This document shows, in pieces, positions 20,696 through 28,719 of a stretch of DNA of 64,000 nucleotides. The stretch is taken from the NCBI GenBank assembly GCA_031411295.1, contig JANOAV010000044.1:10472-74471 (forward strand), in the 5' to 3' direction. The translations under genes were made by a program, and so were the position numbers. Origin of the DNA: Verrucomicrobiales bacterium (GTDB lineage Bacteria > Verrucomicrobiota > Verrucomicrobiia > Verrucomicrobiales > V1-33). Numbering within the stretch: the first letter of the stretch is position 1; every line of letters starts with the position of its first letter. Under the pieces are notes generated by a model. That model had not been told where the DNA came from. It saw nothing but the letters and a program-made list of their open reading frames with translations, and did no database searches.

Positions 20696-21964
20696 TTAGT
20701 CACCAGTGATTCCGAGCACGCTCGCCAACCGCTGCATGCCCGCAGTTTCGCTTTCGCGGATGAATTCATTGGCCTGCGCCAGGGTGCGGACTCTGGCTTC
20801 AGGGTTTTCTTTGATTTTGAGCAGGGCCTCTGCCAGTTGGATGGCATTGACTTGATCCAGTTCAAAGAACCAATCCCGCAGGCCCAGATCCCGCCACATC
20901 TGACCTTGCGTGGCGTCCGTGGGCGGTCGCAGATGGATGGCTGGCGTGCCCACGGTTTGCGCCACCACTGCGGAGAGCAGTTCCATGGTTAGCACCCACT
21001 GGGCGCGTGCGAAAACGCCCGCCGCTTCGTCTGGCAACCACGCTTCCTCCCGCACCACGCAGCGGCTGCGAAGCGTTTTGGGAAACTTGTCTGAAAGCAA
21101 CTCCTGACCCAATGCCACTTCATAGGGCATCTCCGCAGCACAAAGTAATTTGACGTTAGGATGCGCTGCGAGATACTTGACGATTGCTTCCCGCAACAAC
21201 GAGAGATCCTCCTCCCGGCAACGTCGGTTCATCTGCTCCTGGGCGATCTCAGCATACTTGGGCGGCCTGTTAAATATTTCCCAATACGGGGTGAAGCGCA
21301 ATTTAGGCACCACGCAGATGAATTCCCCGGCCTTCAGATCGTGCGCCTCCAGCCAAGCCGCCGCGGTCTTGTCATCCCGCAGATCTAATGCCAGGGCGGC
21401 ATCCGGCACGAAGGAAATCCGGCCGACACTAATTCCCTGACGGACGGCCAGAGCCCTGGAAGCACCATCCCGCAGGAAAACGAAGGACGCCGCCTCCAGC
21501 ATTCCTTTCAGCTTGGTGTCCACTTCATCCAGCGTCACTCCATAAATACCGAACGGCTTGCGAGCGTGGCGCTGCCAGGCTTCGATATGCTCACGTGCTA
21601 TCACATGGGTGGCTGGACCATGGAGGAAGAAATCACCTTCCTCCCATGCCTCCTTGAGGTCCGGTTGATCCGGCTTGCCATCCCGACCGATAGTCCCCGT
21701 GATAAATTTCACCTTGGGAAACCGCTTCCTCAGCCACGGTTCCGCGCCATGAGCCAGCGAGGTGGCCCACACGGTTAATTTTGCGGAAGGCACCTCCCGC
21801 TGCAGCAGTTTCAACAAACCAGCCACTTGTGCCACCTCACCCATGCTGAAGGACTGCCAGCACGCCCGCACCAACAGCCTCGGAGCACGCCTGCCCCTGG
21901 CCAGGCCTGCCTGAAGCAGCGGGACCCAAACCAAGCCGTGGAGGCATTTGCGACGCGAAATCAT
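20696..21964 (-). CDS. Polysaccharide pyruvyl transferase family protein (Tat-like leader)
   Basis: SRRKCL leader; FVFLRDGAS, FVPDAA and KGQMWRD-like (QGQMWRDLGL) motifs. Confidence 0.75.
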   Translation of the reverse strand: MISRRKCLHGLVWVPLLQAGLARGRRAPRLLVRACWQSFSMGEVAQVAGLLKLLQREVPSAKLTVWATSLAHGAEPWLRKRFPKVKFITGTIGRDGKPDQPDLKEAWEEGDFFLHGPATHVIAREHIEAWQRHARKPFGIYGVTLDEVDTKLKGMLEAASFVFLRDGASRALAVRQGISVGRISFVPDAALALDLRDDKTAAAWLEAHDLKAGEFICVVPKLRFTPYWEIFNRPPKYAEIAQEQMNRRCREEDLSLLREAIVKYLAAHPNVKLLCAAEMPYEVALGQELLSDKFPKTLRSRCVVREEAWLPDEAAGVFARAQWVLTMELLSAVVAQTVGTPAIHLRPPTDATQGQMWRDLGLRDWFFELDQVNAIQLAEALLKIKENPEARVRTLAQANEFIRESETAGMQRLASVLGITGD

Positions 21965-22031
21965 CCTAGCAACTCACCGCAAGTGTCAGGACTGTCAAAT
22001 CCCTAAAGTTTAAAAAATAACGGAAAACCTG

Positions 22032-22060
22032 TTGTAAATTTGCAAAAATGAAGCTAATCT
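22032..22060 (+). promoter_or_regulatory. Putative sigma70 promoter, overlapped by palindrome CTTGATTATCAAG (22059-22071)
   Basis: TTGTAA-N17-TAATCT in an AT-rich divergent intergenic region. Confidence 0.5.
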
Positions 22061-22111
22061 TGATTATCAAGCTATCTTAATTAAAATATTCTCTCCAACT
22101 TCCGTCAAGCC

Positions 22112-22411
22112 ATGCCTCCACAAGCCGTTTTTAACCGTCGTCCTGCCTCTTGGATCAAAGCTGAGATGGGTGAAAACACTTGGAACGGGGAAATCTTATC
22201 AATCTATCCCAAGCCACTGAGTTACGCTTCCTTGGCCATCGGCTTGGAGGCTCAGCAGCCGGATCCTTGGTATTCCGGTGGACATCGCGTCATGTCAATG
22301 TTGGCTACTTTGGCGGTGATTGCCATCGGGTGGGCGTTGTCTGCGTGGTCGCATAATGGCCATGGCAGCACCGGGGCCAGTGGCAGTCTTCTGGGCGTGT
22401 TGATGCGTTAA
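22112..22411 (+). CDS. Small hypothetical membrane protein
   Basis: 99-aa ATG ORF downstream of the predicted promoter, with a C-terminal hydrophobic segment. Confidence 0.5.
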   Translation: MPPQAVFNRRPASWIKAEMGENTWNGEILSIYPKPLSYASLAIGLEAQQPDPWYSGGHRVMSMLATLAVIAIGWALSAWSHNGHGSTGASGSLLGVLMR

Positions 22412-22443
22412 ATAAATGTCCTAAGGGATTCCCGATACAATTT

Positions 22444-22466
22444 GGGAGTGAGAGCGCTCCCGCTAC
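22444..22466 (-). repeat. Single REP-like hairpin
   Basis: Minus strand reads GTAG-C-GGGAGCG-CTCT-CACTCCC (GTAG + imperfect stem-loop). Confidence 0.5.
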
Positions 22467-22614
22467 GCTGCGTTAAATGCCCGCTAACCTTCCCGTTGGG
22501 AGGACGTAACATGCGCGAGTAATTACCATGAAAATTATTTTCAGCTTTTTTACCCCTATGGATTTCAATGAATGAAGCCCGGCCTATCCATCAAGCCGCC
22601 CGCCCCTCGGCTAT

Positions 22615-24093
22615 TTGGTCTCACAAATCTACCTCGGGACGCAAGCTTTTACTGGCGAGACTGGCATGGGCCGCTATCCTCACCCTATGGATGGTCAATT
22701 CTTAACCTGCACCCGACAAACCGGGCTCACTGTTGCTTCCTACCGGATGGACCACGCGGCGGCAGCGGCTAATGGTGCGGTAGCGGTGCCAAGATTAAAG
22801 CAAAGCTACGTTTGGGGCTTGGATGTGAGCGGGACGTATCAGGGCGCGGGTGGAGCGGGTGGCTTGTTGTCCGAGACGGAGTGGAGGCAGGAGATGCAGA
22901 CGGACCCCAATACCAGCATCGTGACGGAGGTGACCACTGCGTCCACGTTCATGCCTGCTTATGATGGCAATGGTAATGTGATGGCGTTGGTGGACACGGT
23001 GGGTGACATCAGTGCCACTTACGAATACGATCCCTTCGGCCGCCCGATCCGCGCCACGGGCTCCATGGCCCAGACTAACCCCTTCCGCTTCAGCACCAAG
23101 TTCACCGATGATGAGACCGGCTTGGTGTATTACGGCTACCGGTATTACGATGCCGCGCAGGGAAGGTGGCTGGGGCGGGATCCTATCGGAGAGCGCGGGG
23201 GACCGAATTTGTTTGGAATGTGTTGGAACAATCTAATGCTGTTTATCGACGACACAGGCTTACAAGCAACCATTGCGCCCCCTCGTCAAATTACTCCTAA
23301 GCCTTGGCCGCCAGGAGTCAATCCCAGGCCAGGGTTCGGCCCGGATGGCCCAGGGAGTGGAAGCACACCTGGCAGGCCGCGTCCAAGGCCAGGCTCCGGC
23401 AGACCTCGTCCAGGTGGAGGAGGAATCGGCGGGGCCGCTGACCTGATTGAAAGATATCAAGTGATAAAGATTGTTGAGGAAGACCCGTTAGACCCGATGA
23501 ATTTACCGCTCCTAGAAATCTATGGTGGAGCTCCCATCCAGCCCACGCCTGTAGAGCCTGTTGAACCAGTCGAAGAACCTGCGCCGGAACCGGGTAGTGA
23601 TATCAATAAAACGCTTACAGAGGTTCAGCGTGAATCAACTAAGGACGGATGCTGTTTGATTTGGTATAACCATCAAAAAGGAGGGTCTACAGTCCACAAT
23701 GATTACGCGGCCTACGTAAGTGAGTCCATGAATAGATTCTTAGGTGGGCCACTCGGGAGCAACCTTCGCTATGAGGTGGTGGTGGTTCCTAAGCTAAAAG
23801 ATGTAAAGGAGAAGGGGCTGATTCCAACGCGCTACGATGGAGGAGCGAGATTTCCAGATGCCCAATGGGTCTTCGAAGCTAAGACAGGGCATGGATGGCT
23901 GGGAACTGATCCGGATAAGCCTGAGCCTTGGTGGACATTTCAATACCCCAGGCTCCTCGCCAAATCGAAAGACCAATTGAAGGTGGCAGAATCATGCAAG
24001 CTAACATTTTGGATTGCTTTTAAACACGATTTCGCTAGGAAAAGCTGGGAGCGATTGGTGGGCGATACGCATGGCAGGGTTTTTCAGCCATGA
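22615..24093 (+). CDS. Orphan (N-truncated) Rhs core + C-terminal toxin, PD-(D/E)XK / Tox-REase-5-like nuclease; start uncertain
   Basis: YVWGLDVSGTYQGAGG, YEYDPFG, NPFRFSTKFTDDETGLVYYGYRYYD..GRWLGRDPIGE and DDTGL; tip has RYDG...VFEAKTG...KDQLKVAE...FW. Confidence 0.85.
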   Translation: MVSQIYLGTQAFTGETGMGRYPHPMDGQFLTCTRQTGLTVASYRMDHAAAAANGAVAVPRLKQSYVWGLDVSGTYQGAGGAGGLLSETEWRQEMQTDPNTSIVTEVTTASTFMPAYDGNGNVMALVDTVGDISATYEYDPFGRPIRATGSMAQTNPFRFSTKFTDDETGLVYYGYRYYDAAQGRWLGRDPIGERGGPNLFGMCWNNLMLFIDDTGLQATIAPPRQITPKPWPPGVNPRPGFGPDGPGSGSTPGRPRPRPGSGRPRPGGGGIGGAADLIERYQVIKIVEEDPLDPMNLPLLEIYGGAPIQPTPVEPVEPVEEPAPEPGSDINKTLTEVQRESTKDGCCLIWYNHQKGGSTVHNDYAAYVSESMNRFLGGPLGSNLRYEVVVVPKLKDVKEKGLIPTRYDGGARFPDAQWVFEAKTGHGWLGTDPDKPEPWWTFQYPRLLAKSKDQLKVAESCKLTFWIAFKHDFARKSWERLVGDTHGRVFQP

Positions 24094-24781
24094 GTCGGGG
24101 TATAGCGAAATTACATGCGTATTAAAATATATGATAGAAACACGATTTAAGCTTAGTTTGTCCGGCGGAGAGCGTCAGATCAGTTCTTTGCACGGTTCTG
24201 AGGACGAGATTGATCGTCTGATATCGGAATTCTGTGATCAGAAACCGGTAGGAGCAGTTTGGGCGTTCCATACTCCACGCAAAATGCATTGGGGCGATAG
24301 AGGGGGGGGGCCAGAGTTAATTGAGTCAAATCCTACTGCATTGCATGAAGCGTGGCGGGTCGAAAATTTCACGGCCACAGATTTCGTTGATTTGATCGAT
24401 CATTTTAGGATCTACAATGACCCCGAAGATGCTGATTTCTTCCCAGATGGATTCTGGGAGAGGATTAGGTCTGAATTCAGAGCAGCTATGCTAAACTTGC
24501 TGCATACCCACGATTTACTTGTATTGGTGTATAGGAGAGCTTTGGGGCTGACAATGGTGCCCAGGAGATTACTAGAGCGGAAGGAGTTTATGAAGGCAGC
24601 ACTTGCTTGCCATGAAATAACCAAACGCTTTTTCTGGTCTCCCTATATCCCATCCCCACGTGCGCGGCACATGTTGGACGCGATGATGATCCATCAATTC
24701 ATCCATATTGGTTTCCTACATACGCCTTATTTCAAGGGCTACCGCGGAGATCCGATAAAATGGCATGTGAAAAATGAATAA
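24071..24781 (+). CDS. Putative cytoplasmic immunity protein for Rhs toxin 1 (start at 24071 or 24131)
   Basis: Lower-GC ORF immediately following or overlapping the toxin; no signal peptide. Confidence 0.6.
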   Translation: MAGFFSHESGYSEITCVLKYMIETRFKLSLSGGERQISSLHGSEDEIDRLISEFCDQKPVGAVWAFHTPRKMHWGDRGGGPELIESNPTALHEAWRVENFTATDFVDLIDHFRIYNDPEDADFFPDGFWERIRSEFRAAMLNLLHTHDLLVLVYRRALGLTMVPRRLLERKEFMKAALACHEITKRFFWSPYIPSPRARHMLDAMMIHQFIHIGFLHTPYFKGYRGDPIKWHVKNE

Positions 24782-24797
24782 ATCAGTATAGTGGAGA

Positions 24798-25047
24798 GTG
24801 AAGGCAAGAAGGGCCAGTCTTAATACAGACTCACGTAGGTTTCAAAGTTGAATCACCCTGATTTCTACAGCCCTCTCGTTTTTGCCCCCCCTCGACACGA
24901 GCACTGGACTTGATGGCACCAAGAGTTACCTTGGCTAAAGCTTCTGCTGACTCATTTTACAGTGCATCAATGATATCTACTCTCAATCCCGACACGGTTC
25001 CAAGGTCCATGCCTAATTGCGGCCCTGGCGCCCTTTGGTGTTTGGAT
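24798..25047 (+). repeat. Inter-module spacer repeat, copy 1 (copy 2 at 27044-27297)
   Basis: Shared blocks GTGAAGGCAAGA, GTTGAATCACC, GGACTTGA, CAAGAGTTACCTT, CTTCTGCTGACTCATTTTACA and GTGCATCAATGA, in the same order. Confidence 0.85.
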
Positions 25048-26385
25048 GAGAGTGGGACGTATCAGGGCGCGGGTGGAACGGCGGCTTTTTGCACGGAGGT
25101 GGAAACGCGCTGCTGCGCGTTTCTGAGAGGGGGAAGCCCAATGACGCGCAGCAGCGCGTCACCACCGCATGATCTGTTGATAATCAAAAGTTTACACCGT
25201 GCAAATATCCGCCCCAGCGCGGGCTTGTTGTCCGAGACGGAGTGGAGGCAGGAGATGCAGACGGACCCCAATACCAGCATCGTGACGGAGGTGACTACCG
25301 CGTCCACGTTCCTGCCGGCCTATGATGGCAATGGTAATGTGATGGCGTTGGTGGACACGGTGGGTGACATCAGTGCCACTTACGAATACGATCCCTTCGG
25401 TCGCCCGATCCGCGCCACAGGACCCGCTGCGCAGACCAACCCCTTCCGCTTCAGCACCAAGTTCACCGATGATGAGACAGGGCTCTGCTATTATGGTTAT
25501 CGGTATTATGATGCGACGCTAGGACGGTGGCTAGGGCGAGACCCTCTTCGGGAAAAGGGCGGGCTGAACCTGTATAGTATTTGTCGTAATAATACCACGT
25601 CAAAAATCGATAAATTAGGATTGGAAATTGTTATGGATTGTAATTTCACGGAGCTATTCAAGGAAAAGTTCAAACTCACATTTAAAACTGATTTTACGAA
25701 CGGTTTGTATCACTATAAGGAGGCAAAGGATCCGACTGAGTCGAGAGGGTCATACGCGGAGAAGCACATACAGGCCCTCATAATTGCAAGAATGATGGCT
25801 TCGCCAACATCGTTCGCTATAGGTGACACCGACAACAAAGAGGAGCTTAAAAATCTCGGTAAACACATCCAAGTAAGGGTTCAAAGCGTGCTTAATTCTA
25901 TTAACAAGAAGTTCAATTTTGGGCCGTCGAAAATTGTCCATACTGTAAAGCCCCCCCCAGATGATTTGATTAATCCTGGAGGATACTACAATTCAATTAA
26001 TAACCCAGACACTTCCTTGGGCTGCTTCGACGCTACGACAGCACTTTTTTTTGCGGCGATTGGAAGCCTCCATGATGCGACTCAGAGGAATCACAATGAC
26101 ATTTGGATACCTGGTGATTGGGGTTATATCGCAAATTTAAATGCTAAAAAGGGAGCATGGGATCCCGGGCACGAAGGGGAGAATATAATCCACCACGGGA
26201 TAGGTCAGGATGGGAAGAATGTTTTTTGGGGGCACTTCAATTCTGCTCTTAGTGTTGGCACCCTGGAGGAGTGGCGTGGCGAGATCAGCAGGTGGGAAAA
26301 TAAGGTCGGGTTAGCAGGATCTCCAAGCGTGGATGGGCGGGTCTATTATTACCCAACAACCGGTCTTGAAAAGGCAAAATCATGA
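24910..26385 (+). CDS. Orphan Rhs core + C-terminal toxin resembling Bacillus Tgl transglutaminase; true start uncertain
   Basis: Rhs core about 25222-25623 is nearly identical to 22861-23260 and ends DKLGL; tip carries SLGCFDAT, PGDWGYIAN, GENII and FWGH. Confidence 0.85.
   Translation: MMAPRVTLAKASADSFYSASMISTLNPDTVPRSMPNCGPGALWCLDESGTYQGAGGTAAFCTEVETRCCAFLRGGSPMTRSSASPPHDLLIIKSLHRANIRPSAGLLSETEWRQEMQTDPNTSIVTEVTTASTFLPAYDGNGNVMALVDTVGDISATYEYDPFGRPIRATGPAAQTNPFRFSTKFTDDETGLCYYGYRYYDATLGRWLGRDPLREKGGLNLYSICRNNTTSKIDKLGLEIVMDCNFTELFKEKFKLTFKTDFTNGLYHYKEAKDPTESRGSYAEKHIQALIIARMMASPTSFAIGDTDNKEELKNLGKHIQVRVQSVLNSINKKFNFGPSKIVHTVKPPPDDLINPGGYYNSINNPDTSLGCFDATTALFFAAIGSLHDATQRNHNDIWIPGDWGYIANLNAKKGAWDPGHEGENIIHHGIGQDGKNVFWGHFNSALSVGTLEEWRGEISRWENKVGLAGSPSVDGRVYYYPTTGLEKAKS
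25080..25213. mobile_element. MITE/REPIN-like palindromic element inserted in frame in Rhs module 2
   Basis: 17-bp terminal inverted repeats (15/17; 25080-25096 vs 25197-25213) enclose a perfect 16-bp inverted pair ACGCGCTGCTGCGCGT; absent from the paralogous module 1. Confidence 0.75.
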
Positions 26386-27038
26386 AATCACAACGCAATC
26401 GCTTAGTTTTGCTTGCTCTAGCGTGTGTGTTAGCTTGTATTTATTTTAAAATAAATTTTTGCAGGCCTTTTCCAAGCCCGTCAAATGGAATAAGTCCAAT
26501 TTTGCGGATCGATATCTATATGTCTGGAAAAGGCGAGGATGCATTCGTTGTAAAAGCCGACCATCGTGTTATTGAGCTAGGTATTGATGAAGTCCGTTCA
26601 TTACTAAACGACCGGATTCGTGCCGCTGATTATATGGTTATATTGTTAACAAAATCCCTACTCTGTTCGCGTGCGCGATTAATAGCAAAACAACTTGGTG
26701 AGCTTCGAACTTCATTCAATGGAAAATGCTTCTACGTTGATGTGGGAGCGCTGGACAACAATGAAAGGGCAGCTTTCGTGGCCATCAAGGAGTCTGCGCA
26801 ATCAAAGAACCTGCAGTATTTGGTAGGAGGAGAATCATTTTCTGATCTCGATACATTGGGCTCATATTTGGATTCTCATCAAATTACGCATTTGGCTTTA
26901 TCAACTGAACCACAATCAGAATTAATATCGTTCATTCACCTAAAAGGGTATACGGTTATCAAATCTATACAAAGTGCCGACATTGATATTAAACATTACC
27001 CTGTCGAGACTAATGCGACAAATCCATTCGCGGACTGA
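26382..27038 (+). CDS. Putative membrane-anchored immunity protein for Rhs toxin 2
   Basis: ATGA overlap with the toxin; AT-rich; N-terminal basic + hydrophobic segment (RNRLVLLALACVLACIYF). Confidence 0.7.
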   Translation: MKSQRNRLVLLALACVLACIYFKINFCRPFPSPSNGISPILRIDIYMSGKGEDAFVVKADHRVIELGIDEVRSLLNDRIRAADYMVILLTKSLLCSRARLIAKQLGELRTSFNGKCFYVDVGALDNNERAAFVAIKESAQSKNLQYLVGGESFSDLDTLGSYLDSHQITHLALSTEPQSELISFIHLKGYTVIKSIQSADIDIKHYPVETNATNPFAD

Positions 27039-27043
27039 CTGCT

Positions 27044-27297
27044 GTGAAGGCAAGACGGTCCGGTCTTAGTAAACACTCAAGAGGGATCGAGGTTGAATCA
27101 CCGTAATTTCTATATCCCCCTCATTTTGAGCCTCTCTACATGAGCGTTGGACTTGACGGCGGCAAGAGTTACCTTTGGCCAAAACTTCTGCTGACTCATT
27201 TTACATTTTACAGTGCATCAATGACATCTACCCTCGATCCCTACACCGTTCCAACGGCCAGGCCTAGTTGCATCCGTGCCGTCCCCTGGGGTTTGAT
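27044..27297 (+). repeat. Inter-module spacer repeat, copy 2, ending in a remnant of the Rhs 'VWGLD' codons
   Basis: Homologous to 24798-25047; carries a 7-nt tandem duplication CATTTTACATTTTA; ends GTCCCCTGGGGTTTGATG. Confidence 0.8.
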
Positions 27298-27317
27298 GGA
27301 CGAAAGAGCTACCCAAG

Positions 27318-27342
27318 TGGCGGAGTCCTTCCGCCATCCTAC
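27318..27342 (-). repeat. REP-like hairpin or terminator after the DUF1552 gene
   Basis: Minus strand reads GTAG-GA-TGGCGGA-AGGAC-TCCGCCA (perfect 7-bp stem). Confidence 0.55.
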
Positions 27343-27343
27343 T

Positions 27344-28714
27344 CTAAATATCGGCCAACCGTCCCGTGGAATCGCCAAAACGCTCCAAGCCGGTTACCCC
27401 CATGCGGTCCGCCATGCTGAGGAACATGTTACACGTTGGGGTGGGGGAGTGTTTGGTGTAGCGCCCAGGAGTCAGCGTGCCACCACCATGACCAGCCAGC
27501 ACGAATGGCAGGTCGTTGTGGTTGTGGCGGTTAGGGTCTGCATTGCCCCCGCCGTAAACTAACATTGAGTTGTAGAGCAGCGAGTTCCCATCCGAGTCCT
27601 TGATGGCGTCCATTTTCTGGAGGATCTGCGTGAACTGCTTGGCATACCAGAGGTCGATCTGGGCTACTTTTTCCATCAGGTCCGCTTTATTTTGATGGTG
27701 GGAAATGTCGTGGTGACCTTCGGAAACGCCGATGTCGGCAAAGGAGCGGTTGCTGCCATCATGCGCTAGCATGAACGAGGCGACGCGCGTGGAATCCGTC
27801 TGGAAGGCGGCAATCATGAGATCGCCCATCAGTTGGATGTGGTCACCATAGTTGTCCGGCACGCCTGCGGGGACATCTTGGCGGGGGGAGGTGGCAGGTC
27901 CGAATTTCTCCGCCTTTTCGATGCGCAGTTCGATCTCCCGAACCCCCGTGAGGTATTGATCCAACTTGGCATTATCATGGGGATCGAGCCGCCGCTGCAT
28001 CGCGCGGGCATCCTCCAGCACGAAGTCCAAGACGGAATGCTGCTCGGCTTGGCGACGTTTCAGATTCTGGGCGCGCAACTCCGCTGGCCCGGTGCCGAAG
28101 AGACGTTCGAAGAGCAGGCGGGGGTTGACCTCGGGCGTCATGGGGGTCGTGGGCGAATTCCAGGACAGGTTGAATTGATAGGCACAAGCGTAACCCGAGT
28201 CGCAGGCTCCAGCCTTGCGGACCGCATCACAGCTCATTTCCAGCGATGAGTGACGCGTGAGATGACCCACTTGGCGGGCCATCACTTGATCGATCGAGAC
28301 GCCTGCCTGAATATCGGTGGCGCTCTTTTTCACGCGCACTCCGGTGAGAAACGTGCCCACGCCACGGGCGTGATCGCCAGCGCCATCCGGGCCGCCCTCT
28401 CCGTTGAGATTTTCCATGCCGCCCATGATTTGCACGTGGCTGCGCAGTTCCTCCAAGGGCTTCAACGTGGGGCTCGCCACGTAGTCGGAGCCGGGTTTTT
28501 CCGGCCACCAGTAAGACGGGATGGAGCCGTTCGGGAAAAAGAAAAAGGCCGAGCGCAGCGGGGCCCCGGTGCGAGTTACGGCCAGTCGTGTGGCCTCTGC
28601 TTGGGCCAGCAATTTCATGCCGCCCAGCGACTCAAATGTGGGCACGGAAATCAACGCGCCCAGCCCACGCAGGAAATGGCGACGTCCGAGGGGAGAGAAT
28701 TGGGAGGATTTCAT
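27344..28714 (-). CDS. DUF1552 (HXXSHH) domain protein with Tat signal
   Basis: GRRHFLRG leader; FFPNG, CDSGYACAY, FERLFG, FQTDSTRV and HHDISHH motifs. Confidence 0.92.
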   Translation of the reverse strand: MKSSQFSPLGRRHFLRGLGALISVPTFESLGGMKLLAQAEATRLAVTRTGAPLRSAFFFFPNGSIPSYWWPEKPGSDYVASPTLKPLEELRSHVQIMGGMENLNGEGGPDGAGDHARGVGTFLTGVRVKKSATDIQAGVSIDQVMARQVGHLTRHSSLEMSCDAVRKAGACDSGYACAYQFNLSWNSPTTPMTPEVNPRLLFERLFGTGPAELRAQNLKRRQAEQHSVLDFVLEDARAMQRRLDPHDNAKLDQYLTGVREIELRIEKAEKFGPATSPRQDVPAGVPDNYGDHIQLMGDLMIAAFQTDSTRVASFMLAHDGSNRSFADIGVSEGHHDISHHQNKADLMEKVAQIDLWYAKQFTQILQKMDAIKDSDGNSLLYNSMLVYGGGNADPNRHNHNDLPFVLAGHGGGTLTPGRYTKHSPTPTCNMFLSMADRMGVTGLERFGDSTGRLADI

Positions 28715-28719
28715 AAATG

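Noticed and set aside
22059..22071. TTGAT/ATCAA palindrome as an FNR box
   Set aside because: The half-sites are separated by 1 nt rather than 4; kept only as an unassigned palindrome.
24798..27297. Spacer repeats as a CRISPR array or integron attC sites
   Set aside because: Only two long (~250 bp) diverged copies; no short repeat-spacer periodicity, no attC-like RYYYAAC/GTTRRRY inverted structure identified, and no cas or intI gene in the window.
27140..27562. 140-aa ORF on the + strand
   Set aside because: It is made of the spacer repeat plus antisense overlap with the DUF1552 gene, and the frame is not conserved in spacer copy 1.
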